Of a stretch of DNA of 64,000 nucleotides, positions 36,438 through 48,381 are shown one piece after another. The position numbers and the translations under genes are program-made. The stretch spans positions 321,842,001 to 321,906,000 of the forward strand of contig NC_067401.1 in NCBI RefSeq assembly GCF_016432865.1, read 5' to 3'. Below the pieces are notes generated by a model. It saw only the letters and a list, made by a program, of their open reading frames with translations, made no database searches and was not told where the DNA came from. Each line of letters starts with the position of its first letter. Position 1 is the stretch's first letter. Origin of the DNA: Antechinus flavipes (Eukaryota).

Positions 36438-37514
36438 AAAGGATATAAACAGACAAAATTTTCAGATGATGAAACTGAAATTATTTCTATCCATATTAAA
36501 AAGTGTTTCAAATCATTATTGATCAGAGAAATGCAAATTAAGACAACTCTGAGATACCACTACATACCTGTCAGATTGGCTAAGATGACAGGAAAAGATA
36601 ATGACGAATGATGGAGGGGATGTGGGGGAAACTAGGACACTGGTGCATTGTTGGTGGAACTGTGAATGGATCCAACCATTCTGGAGAGTGATTTGGAACT
36701 ATGTTCAAAAAGTTGTCAAACTGTGCATACCCTTTGATCCAGCAGTGTTTCTACTGGGCTTATACCCCAAAGAGATATTAAAGAAGGGAAAGGGACCTGT
36801 ATGTGCCAAAATGTTTGTGGCAGCCCCGTTTGTAGTGGCTAGAAACTAGAAATTGAATGGATGCCCATCTATTGGAGAATGGCTGAATAAATTGTGGTAT
36901 ATTAATGTTATGGAATATTATTGTTCTGTAAGAAATGACCAGCAGGGATGAATGCAGAGAGGCTTGGAGAGACTTACATGAATTGATACAAAGTGAAATG
37001 AACAGAAGCAGGAGATCATTATACACTTCAACAACAATACTGTATGAGGATCAATTCTGATGGAAGTGGCTATCTTCAACAATGAGAATCCAAATCAGTT
37101 CCAGTTGATCAATAATGAATAGAACCAGCTATACCCAGTGAAAGAATACTGGGAAATGAATGTGCATACATAACATATATAACACGTATAACATACATAA
37201 CATCTTACAACATAACATTTTCACTCTTTTTGTTATTGTGTGCTTGCATTTTTGTTTTTCTTCCCAGGTTATTTTTACCTTCTTTCTAAATATGATTTTT
37301 CTTATATAGCAAGACAACTGTATAAATATGTATACATATATTGTATTTAACATATACTTTAACATATTTAACATGTATGGAACTACCTGCCATCTAGGAG
37401 AGAGGGTGGAGGGAAGAAGAGGAAAAGTTGGAACAGAAATTTTTGCAAGGGTCAATGTTGAAAAATTACTCATGCATATGTTTTGTCAATAAAAGCTATA
37501 ATTTAAAAAAAAGA
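36438..37514 (+). mobile_element. 5'-truncated L1 (ORF2 C-terminus plus 3' UTR, AATAAA, A-tail)
   Basis: HCWWNCEWIQPFWRVIWNYVQK...PFDPAVFLLGLYPKE; TSD AAGAAAGAAG(A/G)ACCA at 36423-36437 and 37515-37529. Confidence 0.93.
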
Positions 37515-38047
37515 AAGAAAGAAGGACCACCAACAAAAATGACAACAATAGCAATCATTTTGGATAGTATGCTACAATCTGTTAATAAGCAATATTTTAA
37601 GCCCCTATTGTGAGTCAGGCATTGTGCTTGATATTATAGCCTAGTTACACCCACCATGCTTCTATAACACCCTTCTCCATGCTCACTCCCCAATTTTCAG
37701 TGGCAAGGCAGATTAGATCCCCAGAGGGACTACTAAGGCTTTAAGGATTTAGGAGTAACTTTATCAATGGCTATTTTCCTAACTCTAACTCCCACTAGTG
37801 TTTTTTCCTTTAGCAATCAGCTACAAGAGTATATACTTCAAAGATATCAAAAGAAGAAGATGAAGAAGGAGGAGAAGGAGGAATGAGGAGGAGTGAGTAG
37901 AACTAAGAGAACAATTTATACACTAATAATAATATAGTAAACAAAACTTTGAAAAATTAAGAAATCTGATCAACACAATGACTAACCAAAATTCCAGGGG
38001 ACTCATGATGAAATATGTCACTTATCTCCTGATAAAATGATAGATTT

Positions 38048-38851
38048 TTTAAAAATTAAAGCTTTTTATTTATAAAACATATGCATGGGTGATTTTTCAA
38101 CATTGACCCTTGCAAAACCTTCGGTTCCAACTTTTCCCCTCCTTCCCTCCACCCCCTCCCCAACATGGCAGGTTGACCAATATATGTTAAATATGTTAAA
38201 ATATATGTTAACTCCAATATATGTATTCATAGTTACACAGTTATCTTGCTGCACAAGAAAAATCAGATCAATAAGGGAAAAAAAAAAACAGAAAGAAAAC
38301 AAAATGCAAGCAAACAACAGAAAGAATGAAAATGCTATGTTATGTTCTATACTCAGTCCCCACAGTCCTCTTTCTGGGTGTAGATAGCTCTCTTCTTCAC
38401 TGAACAATTGAAATTAATTTGAATCATCTCATTGTTGAAGAGAGCCTTTGTCCATCAGAATTGATCATATTGTTGTTGCCATTATAATATCTCATGGTTC
38501 TGCTCATTTCACTCAGCATCAGATCATGTAAGTCTCTCCAGACCTCTCTTAAATCATCCTGTTGATTGTTTCTTACAGAACAATAATATTCCATGATATC
38601 CATATACCATAATTTATTCAGCCATTCTCCAATTGATGGGCATCCATTCAGTTTCCAGTTTTTTGTCACGACAAAAAGGCTGCCACAAACATTTTTGCTT
38701 ATGTAGGTTCCTTTCCCTCCTTTAAGATCTCTTTGGGATATAAGCCCAGTAGAAACATGGCTGGGTCAAAGGATATGCACAGTTTGATAATTTTTTTTAA
38801 GCATAGTTCCAAATTGCTCTCCAAAATAGTTGGATCCATTCACAATTCAAG
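38048..38851 (-). mobile_element. 5'-truncated L1 inserted into an older plus-strand L1 3' UTR
   Basis: NWKLNGCPSIGEWLNKLWYMDIMEYYCSVRN; TSD TGATAGATTT at 38038-38047 and 38852-38861. Confidence 0.92.
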
Positions 38852-39968
38852 TGATAGATTTAAAGGGTAGGTTGAAGCATATTTTTATCTTGTTTCTTTT
38901 TGGACATGGCTAACTAAGAATTTTGTTTTGCATGATTGTACATATTTAAAATGTACATTTTTTTTCTCTTATGCAATGAGGTGTATATGAGCACAAGAAG
39001 GCAGATCTTCATGCAAAAATTTTTTGATATAGTCAGGGAACAAAATTAGTTTAGGGGCAAGTACATTTATTCAATTCACATAACATGCTGCTCAGTTTGA
39101 CCAACTCCTCATAGGGCACAGTATTTCTACTGAACAGACATTTCAGCTGGCCTTATATTTTGTAGGGCATGGTGTCCCAGGGACATATGTCTACCTACTG
39201 CTCATTTGGATTCAAAAGGTCACAAGAAAACTACTTCTTTGCCTTATTCCTTTTTTAAATAGTCAAAGAAAGAGTAAATAATGGAATCCTTTATTCTCTG
39301 CATCTTCTAGTCAACTGTGCAACTATAAATATGTGGTTTGCTGAAGAATGGTATTTGTGAAATCTGTTTATTCTGTTCTCATACTTTCAAGAGTTCAACT
39401 TCCCAGTTGTATAAATTATCCAGCTGCTGAGCTGGATAGGACGATTTCTCAGATGCTGATCTTGGCTGCTTCTGGGTTGGGCTAGTCAGGGGTTGAATGT
39501 GAATATAAGACTGGATCAGACAAGTCATTCTGCTGCTGAATTGGCTTTCCCTAGGATACAGTAGTGGAGGGTCAATGAACACCCTTGGCTTGCTCTTCTA
39601 GTAGAAGCTGCAAGATTATTCTACCTTCAGCTATTGGCTCTACTGTGTGTGATGGTGTACCTCTATTCAGCTGGCTAAGGATCCTCTCCCTGCTAAGAAG
39701 GGCACAGCCTAGGATTAAAACCCAAAAAAGGTCACAAAGAGTCAGTCACAACTGAAAACAACTGAACAACAAATGAGCAACAGCTCTAAGAGACTTATCT
39801 TTTCTGTGCAGGAAGTCAGAGAGGTTTAGACTTTTTATAATCCTTTCAGGTTCAAAAGCATCTTCTTCTAGTAAGGCATTTTATGTAGAGCTTCAGTATT
39901 TTAGCAAGAAAAAAGTTTAGAAAATAGTAAGTTTTTTTTAACCATGTTAGTTCTTGCTAGAATTTTAT

Positions 39969-41381
39969 TGTTTGGGACAAAAAGACCTACCCAAATTGAC
40001 TACTACAGAAATCACTCATAGAAAACAGAATTATTTATTAAGAATCTTGAGAAGCGGACCCCATCCTGGTCTGTGAGCCAAGTTCACAGCAGGATAGGGC
40101 CAGAGCCTTGAAAATACTTATAGCTTTTACACATTTCAGACAAAGAACCCCCCAAATCCCGCCCTCTATATGTTGTGATTGGTCACATAAATCTGTATTC
40201 CCCTGTTTTGTCAGTGGAATGTAGTAGACAAGGTGATGTACAGCTTCTTTAGCCACATAGTCCAGGCCTTATCTAAAATCACATGACTCCGGAGAAGCTG
40301 AAATTGAGGCCTATAGACTTGATCTACTTTATTTATTTATTTATTTTTATTATAGCTTTTTATTTACAAGATAAATGCATAGGTAATTTTTCAGCATTGA
40401 CAATTGCAAATCCTTTTGTTCCAACTTTTTTCCTCCTTCCCCCTACCACTTCCCCCATATGACAGAATGACCAATACATGTTAAATATGTTAAAGTATAA
40501 GTTAAATACAATATATGTATAATTTGCTGTATAAAAAGAGTCAGACTTTGAAATAGTGTACAATTAACCTGTGAAGGAAATCAAAAATGCAGGCGGACAA
40601 AAATAGAGGGCTTGGGAATTCTATATAGTGGTTCATAGTCATCTCCCAGAGTTCTTTCCCTGGGTGTAGCTGGTTCAGTTCATTACTGCCCTATTGTAAC
40701 TGATTTAGTTCCTCTTCATTGTTGAAGAAGTCCACATCCATCAGAATTGATCATCATATAGTATTGTTGTTGAAGTATATAATGATCTTCTGGTCCTGTT
40801 CATTTCACTCAGCATCAGTTCATGTAAGTGTCTCCAGGCTTCTCTGAAATCATGTTGAAATCATGAAGTCATTTCTTACAGAACAATAATATTCCATAAT
40901 ATTCATAAATCACAATTTATTCAGCCATTCTCCAACTGATGGGCATCTACTCAGTTTCCAGTTTTTGGCCAATACAAAGAGAGCTGTCACAAACATTTTG
41001 GCACATACAAGTCCCTTTCCCTTCTTTACTATCTCTTTGGGATATAAGCCCAGTAGAAACACTGCTGGATCAAAGGGTATGCACAGTTTGATAACTTTTT
41101 GAGCTTAGTTCTAAATTGCTCTCCAGAATGGCTGGATGTATTCACAATTCCAACAACAATATATCAGTGTCCCAGTTTTCCCACATCCTCTCCAGCATTC
41201 TGCATTCTTTCCCTGTCATTCTAGCCAGTCTGACAGGTGTGTAGTGGTAAATCAGAGTTGTCTTAATTTGCATTTCTCTGATTAATAATGACTTGGAGCA
41301 GGCTTGATCTACTTTAGCTAACAATCTCTGATCCATATGTGCTTAATCTGTAAATTCTTCACCTTTTCCCACCCAGTATCA
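39969..41381 (-). mobile_element. Solo LTR (about 430 bp) interrupted by an L1
   Basis: TG...CA ends; on the minus strand CCAAT (40182-40178), GGGCGG (40163-40158), TATAA (40122-40118), then AATAAA (40039-40034) in U3-R-U5 order; flanks TTTAT/ATTAT (4/5). Confidence 0.75.
40332..41302 (-). mobile_element. 5'-truncated L1 nested in the solo LTR
   Basis: [31 protein letters not shown]; perfect 14-bp TSD CTTGATCTACTTTA at 40318-40331 and 41303-41316. Confidence 0.95.
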
Positions 41382-41699
41382 ATTATACTTTCATTATAGT
41401 TTTTATTTTAATTTCTTGAAATATATCTTTGAAAAAATGTTTTTAAAAAGTCCATTGTGTTTTAAATGGTTGATTATGACTTTAAGCCCAGATCACTCTG
41501 GCTTTAATTGAACGCCCAACAATAGTCCCAATCCAAGAGTCTGTGACTTTTTTTGATGATTTTAGATGTAGCATAAACAAGACAGAAACTCTAAAGGTCC
41601 TCCTCTACTAGATTTACATCTTTCAGATGGTAAATTGAACCATCTTTTGTTTCAGTTCTGACTTAGTCCTTAGCCTTTGAATAACCATAGCTTTTAACA

Positions 41700-41905
41700 A
41701 ACCCAAACCTGGAAAAGACCTTAATTTAGAAAGGGCAAGGTCACCCACTGTATCCTGGACCATCACCAGTCATCTTGACCTTTGTCTGGAACTGAACTTG
41801 AATGATTCTAGAGGAAGAAAATGAGTCTCTGTAGCTCTATCCTACTTAAATCCAATTCTCTTGCAAGTCAAGATCTTCTTTAAGAATGAAGATTCAACAA
41901 CAAAA
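41700..41905. mobile_element. RTE-SINE/WALLSI-type fragment
   Basis: AAGGTCACCCACTGTATCCTGG...CCTACTTAAATCCAATTCTCTTGCAAGTCAAG...CAACAACAA. Confidence 0.6.
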
Positions 41906-43269
41906 ATTCTCATTAGCCTTGTGATATACAACCCTTATTTACTATTATACTTTCTGTTACACTCAGTTACAACTTTTTAGATTTTATAAAGATCAGTAAT
42001 TAGGGACAAAGATATAAATATAGTCTGCCTTTGGGGCAAGTTCTTCCTCGTTTGTCTTTTCATTTGCAATTGAGTTATTCAGTTTCAGATGGTTTAGAAT
42101 TGAGCAAACCTGACTCACCCAGGTTCACATGGCTTCATACTCAAATGGGGTTTCTTAGATGGGGAATATTTATAAGTTAAGATCTCCTTTCCATTTTAAT
42201 GTGGCTGTATTTTAGATTCTCCAAACCTCCAGTGTATAGGGTTTTTGGACCTAGAGTTTGGAAGTCTTGTATTCAAATGTGATCTTAGATACTCACCAGT
42301 TGGGCAAATCACTTGCCTCAGTTTACTCTAGAAGGGGTCACAAAGAGTCAGGCATGACTGAAAATGATTGAACAATATATATATATACATATGTCTTATG
42401 TCTATACATATAAAAACTACATATTATATATATATATAATTACAGAAATTTGTTTCCTTTTATTCCCTCTGCATCTTTTTGTTAATATTAACTTCACTTG
42501 ACTACAATCTATTCCATAGGATATGAAAATCTACTTAAGAACTTCAAACATTCCTTAGTTAAGAAGCTTAAGAAGATTCTCAATGTCCCTGATTCCTTAT
42601 ACAGATTTTTCTTCTCAGTCTATTTGTGAATCCTCTACATGTTTTTAAATTTGTGATCTGTAATTTAGCCTATAGTGTTTTTTTAATGAAGTTTGTTTCC
42701 TTAGAAAATATATGAAATTATGACTGCTTACGTTTGCTCTATTTTTTTGGCTTTGAAATGGGATTATGGATCTATATTTTCTTTAATTTTTATGGCCTAA
42801 GAGGAATTTACAAGATTATGATATGTAGAAAAATTTTTTGTCACTCAAATTTTTGTTTTTATAATAAGAAGCCTTGTTAGAATTCTCATGACTGTTCAAG
42901 TTTACTTTGAGGCTTGAACCTATGCTTGAATATGATAGAGGAGATATTTCTCTCATAACAACATAATCACCCAGAGGCTACCAATTGCTCTCTATTTGAA
43001 TGTGTGAAACACAATAAACAATTGAGGGAACTAGGAAAGGTCTTTTGAAGGAAATGGCTTTTGAACTGAGGGGTTCTGAGAAAGTGAAGAAGTGTTTTTT
43101 TTTTTTTTTTCTTTGCCCCGATTTTTGTATTTCAAGATCTTAAAATAATAAGTAAGAGTAGTAATACATATCGTAATATCTATTAAGTAACATTATGTTA
43201 ATCTGTTAAATAATCTAATAGATGTAAATAGTTACAGATTCTCTAATAGCATCCTTCCTTATCTTAACT

Positions 43270-43415
43270 CCTCTGACCCAGATGGCTCCAGAGGAGAAAG
43301 TGAAGCAGGTGATTTTGTAGAGCTCTCCTTCACTCAAATCCAGGTCACTTGCATGTCATGGCATCACCTTCCTGATGTCATGATCCTCCAAGAAAGAGGG
43401 ACAAACAACAACGAT
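43270..43415. mobile_element. RTE-SINE/WALLSI-type fragment
   Basis: GACCCAGATGGCTCCAGAGGAGAAAGTGAAG...CATGTCATGGCATCACCTTCCTGATGTCATGATCCTCC...GGACAAACAACAAC. Confidence 0.7.
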
Positions 43416-44439
43416 AACTGAATCTAGCCATATGGCAAAAGGAGATTTAGCTGTGCGAAAGTAGCAATAACTTGTGACGCTGGACAATGATACATTGTAT
43501 CCAGGAGGAGAGACTATAGAGTAAGGTGGAGAGGAGGGAAGAGAATGGGGTGACAGTCCTACACTTTCAAATTAAAAGCAAACTTCGTTGGAAATTATTT
43601 TTTAATAGAGGAGTATGGGGGGTAATTTTTTTGATGGGAGGAAGCGAAAGAAATGGTGGTCGGTAGAGATTTATTATAAACTTCCTGGGTACAGAATTTC
43701 ATGTGGCTCAGCTTGAGATTTTGCTTTAGCTTCGTCGTAATGGAAAAATCCACAAAACTTCAAACAATCTGTGCAAATAAGTCGAATTAATTTATCAGGT
43801 GACATTCCTGCCACAGATTCTGAGGAGCAAAGGTTAAAATAATAAAAGCACTGGCATTCTCTCTGGCTGTTCCGCCTCTGATTCGACTACTGGCTTTTCT
43901 GGCTTCAAATCCAATTAAAATTCTAGATTCTACAGGAAGTCTTTCTTAACCCCCTTTTAATTCCAATGCCTCTTCCAGTTAATTATTTCCTATTTATTCC
44001 CGTGACAATTTGTTTTTTATATATTTGTTTGCATGCCATGGCCTCTATAAGATGGCAAAGGCTGTCTGTTGTTTCGTATAAACATAGCGCCGGACACAAG
44101 CATTTAATAAATGTTTATCGAATGAAATTGATGCAGAAAGAGGACAGCACTATAATTAGTGGGAGGGTGGTTAGATCTGAATTCTGAAACTACCATAAAT
44201 TTTTGCTTGTCCTTTGAGAAATCACTTTAGCCTTCATTTGTAAAATGGGAAAGAGGAAACTATTCCAGCTCTAAAAGTTTTGTCTCTCCAATGTGTGTGT
44301 GTGTGTGTACACATTTATCTCTCATAGATAATATAATCTGTACAATAATGTGTACTATGTGACTAGTCCATGGCACGTGCTTATTAAATGTTTACTGACT
44401 GAATATACGTATATATAATGCAATCAAAAGGCAGTAATT

Positions 44440-45020
44440 ACAAGAATCCCGAACTACTCTCACAAACACACGGCTCCTTTAAGGACAACTTGGAGACTGA
44501 AGTGCGGAGTTCGCTGCCTTCGGCTAACATGGTCACCAGAGGCTTCCGTACTCTGTTCTCTCCGGACCAATCCGAATCTAGATTTCAAGTCCCGAAACAC
44601 ACTCATTTCCGCTCTCTCACTTCCAGAATCTCTCCCACAAGGTCCTGTCAACCGGGACCGTTTCCGCCTCTCTCCCGGAACTGGAGCCGGCGCCCCGAGG
44701 CTGCCTCGGGAAAGGGGGAGGGAGGCAAGGGGGCGGGGTGCGGGAGGGTGGCTGGGTAGGGGATGAGCGCAGCGCACGGCAGGGGCGCGCAGACGCTGCG
44801 GACCCCGGGTCGCCATGGTTACGCCGTGGAGTTCTCCCCCTACCTTCCGGGGCGCCTGGCATGCGCCGCCTCCCAGTACTACGGGATTGCGGGTGAGGCC
44901 CCGCCCTTCCTCGTTGTCCGCTGAGGGGCGCTCGAGGGACCGATGGCGGCGGGGTTTGGGTGGCTCGCTTGGGGATCCCTCTGCGTGCACCTCTCGGGGC
45001 TGGAGTCGGAGGGCGTTTTC
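44440..45020. promoter_or_regulatory. CpG island / promoter of PEX7
   Basis: CpG-rich block over exon 1; CCAAT near 44566, CCGGAA (ETS core) near 44676, GGGGCGGGG GC box at about 44730-44738. Boundaries approximate. Confidence 0.88.
44763..44892 (+). CDS. PEX7: Peroxisomal biogenesis factor 7 (PTS2 receptor), coding exon 1 (130 nt)
   Basis: [43 protein letters not shown](G) matches the PEX7 N-terminus; donor GCGG|GTGAG. Missed by the ORF track because it is shorter than 60 aa. Confidence 0.96.
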
Positions 45021-45506
45021 TGTTCCTAAACCTAGCTGTATGACCCTGGTGACTTGATCTTTTGGAACTTCAGTATCTTCACCTGCAAAATGAGGATAAT
45101 TCCTGTACTGCCTATACTAATTGTTATGAAGACAGTACCTCAAACTTGCCTCTTTAAACATGAATAATTAGTATTATCGTGACAAAAAGGAAAAAAAGGA
45201 AGTTCATTCTCTCCCTTTTTCTCCCTCCCCACTCCCCAATCTACCCATCCCTGGATCTGACTTGTCAATTTAAAGTTAATTGCACTGTGATCTTAAAGGC
45301 CTTAACTTTTGGGATTTTATCTGATCCCTTCCCTCATTTCCTCTCTCCCATTAATCACCATTTCCTTAAATTCTCATTCTAGAATAATTTCCCATTCATT
45401 CATTATTTTCTTTCCTACTGTCACTATCCTAGCTTACCTCTTTTCTCTCTCAATCTGAAGAACACTGCAGTATTTTATCTACCATATCTGCCTCTAGTCT
45501 CTTTCT

Positions 45507-45608
45507 TTTCTTTTCTCTTTCTTTCACACAGTTAGGAAATGGTAAATATTTGAGGTCACATTTGAACTTCAGGGCTGGTGCTCTATCCACTGCGCCCCCT
45601 AGCTGCCC
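45507..45608 (-). mobile_element. Internally deleted WSINE1-type SINE in PEX7 intron 1
   Basis: CTTCAGGGCTGGTGCTCTATCCACTGCGCCCCCTAGCTGCCCC; TSD CCTCTA(G/A)TCT(C/A)TTTCT at 45491-45506 and 45609-45624 (14/16). Confidence 0.75.
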
Positions 45609-47646
45609 CCTCTAATCTATTTCTAATGTAATCCACTCTGATCCAGTTTTAATTAAAAAATGCAGCTGCTTCTAAGTGAACAAAATGCAATCCATTTTGC
45701 AATAAATTTAGCCTCTTTTTTAGAATCTCTTCCTTATTTCCCATCCCTCTAGCAACCTCAGCCTTCCCGAAGTTTCACACTTGACTGTACTCTTGAGCCT
45801 AGATTTTCTGGCCCTGAGCTTTCTGTGCATGTTCTTTACTCCAATCTGGAGTGTTTTTACCTCTTTGAATTCTCAAAGTGCTTTGTGTGTGTTTTTAATA
45901 TGCTAGTATTTTATTTTGAATTATAGTTACTTGTGTGAAACCCCTATTAGATCCCCATTCCCTCTCCCCCATTAGAATTTAACTACTTAAATCATGTTTG
46001 TATTTCTCTTGGCACTTGGAACCATGCCTTAGATATGGTAGATACTTAATTGTTGAATTCAAGTACTGATTTTCATCTTGTTTCTCTGCCTAAGTTGAAT
46101 ATTTGGGCAAGCCACCTTCATCCCTCTGGATAAAAGGGGCATATAGTCTGTTATGTCAGCTTCAGACAAAGCTTACAAAGCTTCAAGTTTAAATAATGTA
46201 TATAAAAATGTATGTAAGTCATAATAATAGCTCACTTTATATAGCCCTGTGTGTCAAGCTGGGGTTGGACATTCCTTAATTTTTAAATTATTATCTTATT
46301 TAGTCCTGAAAAAAAATCCTGGTAGATGGGTGTTATTATTATTCCTGCTCTATAGCTCTATTGAAGAGGAGACTGAGGAAGACAGATTAAGTGACTTGCC
46401 CAGGATCATACAGTTAATGTGTCTGAGGTTAATTTTAACTCAGATTTTGCACCTAGCTTCCACACAAATAAAACATTTTTTTTTTCCTTTCTTCTATCCT
46501 CCCTGAGTACTTACGAGCTTGGGGGCAATTATTTTATCTTTTCTTAAACTTTTCAGAAAACTCTTCTCCCCTGTTCCCTAATATACTTGATGGTGGCAGA
46601 AGCAAAATTTCTTATGATGAGAAAAAAACAACCATTCAGTAATCATTTGCCTACTGCTATTTAGGCCTTATCCTTATCCTCTAGAAAAAGAGGTTGAACC
46701 AAGAAAACTGATCTTTCCTAGTGATCAAATTTGTTTTCTAGAAATTATTTAGAATGAAATGCTATTTCTTTTGCATAGATATGATTGTACTGACCCACCA
46801 AAAACTGGTGTATGTCTGTGTTTTATCAGAAGTGGTGATGGGTTTGCAAAAGTTTTTCTGTTCTTTTGCTTTTGCTCTACTTGGGAACAGCTTCACAGAT
46901 TTGTAGGTTGGTTGTTTGGGAATTCTATTTTGTGGCCATAGGAGAACAAATAATCATTCTCCTGAGCACCAAGAGCTCACTTTGTGCAAAATGCTCAATT
47001 GAGACTCTAGGGATATGAAGACAAAATTGAAACCATCCTTGCCTTCAAGAAGTTTGTTTCTGACTTCAACATGTTTTAACACAGTGAACTAGCTGGCTTA
47101 GATCAGAACTACGAAACAAGCCAGTATACCATTCTGGTATTGTAGAATGTTTTTTTCCTTCAACAGAAGTTCTATGAAAAAGAATGTTGTACATTTTGAA
47201 ATTGAGAGGCAACTAATTTTTTTTACTTTGTTATTTTCTTTATTTTTTTTTCTTTTATTAATTATTGATTTATTATTTTAAAAATTATAATAATTACTAT
47301 TAGCAAACATATAACTAATTTGGTCTGTCATAGAATCACTGTTATATTCACTTTATAATATCAGTCAAACATTTATTATGTACTCACTATTAGACACTCT
47401 GCTAAATCCTGGAGATACAAAAAGATGCAAAAGATAGCCCCTGTCCTTAAGAAGCTCACCAGCCATTTAATAGGCTGAAATTTATTTTGAAAACCTTACA
47501 TTTTACAGAAAAGTAATAGATTCAGACTGAGATATATTTTTGGACTTGACCAACTTAGGACTTTGTTTTGCTTAGCTATCATAGCTATAATATTATTTGG
47601 GGGAACAGAAGAAAATTTTTTTTGGTTAATTGAGAGCACTATTAAA

Positions 47647-47991
47647 TGTAAAGTCCGGACTAGCTCCCTAGAGGCCTCAAGAACAGCTGGAGTCAGAATA
47701 AGTTAAAGTCCTTGGTCTTTAAGGGGAGAAGTGAAGGGGATGGACAAAACTGCTACAAGCTCTCCACCAACTTCCCTTCTCCTCATCCTCCAAAGTGAAT
47801 CTGGCTTATCTCACTCCACTCTCTAATTTCTCCTACGATTATCTGTATACATCAAAACATTGAGCCAGCACAGAATAGTGAGAAGGGCTATTTTTTCATA
47901 TGCTAATAGAGTTATTGTCCAATAGGTAATTAGCCTTAAGTGCTCAGTTGTCTGATTCCAGTGCACCTATTCAGAGTTTCAGCCCTTTACA
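47647..47991 (-). mobile_element. Solo LTR, 345 bp, ERV class II-like, antisense in PEX7 intron 1
   Basis: 7-bp terminal inverted repeat TGTAAAG...CTTTACA and perfect 6-bp TSD ATTAAA (47641-47646, 47992-47997). Orientation inferred from similarity to the 29280 LTR. Confidence 0.88.
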
Positions 47992-48323
47992 ATTAAACAC
48001 ATAGAAAACCCTCTCATATTTTAAAGAAAACTAAAGTCATATGAAGCTTTTATGTGCTTATTACATACTGTACCAGTAGCTACATGAAAAAGTATAAAAA
48101 CTTTCCCTAGCTGGAATATCTTTTAAAAGGCAGATTCTGATTGAATAATGATTCCAAATAAGTAGTAGTAGGGACAAAAAAAAAAAAAAAAAAAAGAATT
48201 GTACTTCAGTACATGCAACTTTGTTAAACTTGGTAGTTTCATAGTATAACTAAAGTAGGCTGGCTGTAATGTTAATAGTAAATATAACTTTAATTATCTT
48301 CTTTCTCTTTTCTACCTTTTTAG

Positions 48324-48381
48324 GCTGTGGAACACTCATTGTACTAGAACAAAATGAAGCCGGGATCAGACACTTTAAAAG
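48324..48381 (+). CDS. PEX7: PEX7 exon 2 (58 nt)
   Basis: Long pyrimidine tract ...TTTTTAG|GC TGT GGA ACA...; (G)CGTLIVLEQNEAGIRHFK(S); donor AG|GTAACA. Confidence 0.95.

Noticed and set aside
37150-37215. Degenerate (CATAA)n expansion within the L1 3' UTR
   Set aside because: Simple slippage expansion of an existing CATAAC motif; no further structure
39417-39438. 9-bp hairpin TATCCAGCT-GCTG-AGCTGGATA
   Set aside because: Stems of this length are expected by chance a few times in 64 kb, and it lies in RTE-like repeat sequence
9490-41336. Several 60-130 aa ORFs with HCWWNC / LLGLYPKE / GEWLNKLWY motifs as a gene family
   Set aside because: All are L1 ORF2 C-terminal fragments inside 5'-truncated elements with frameshifts
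44762-44772. MAP3K5 and PEX7 both begin gATGAGCGCAG
   Set aside because: Met-Ser-Ala starts are common and 11 nt between two chosen sites implies no mechanism; treated as coincidence
44460-45057. 176-aa antisense ORF and other ORFs across PEX7 exon 1
   Set aside because: GC-rich shadow frames with non-ATG starts and no homology I recognise; the real exon is 44763-44892
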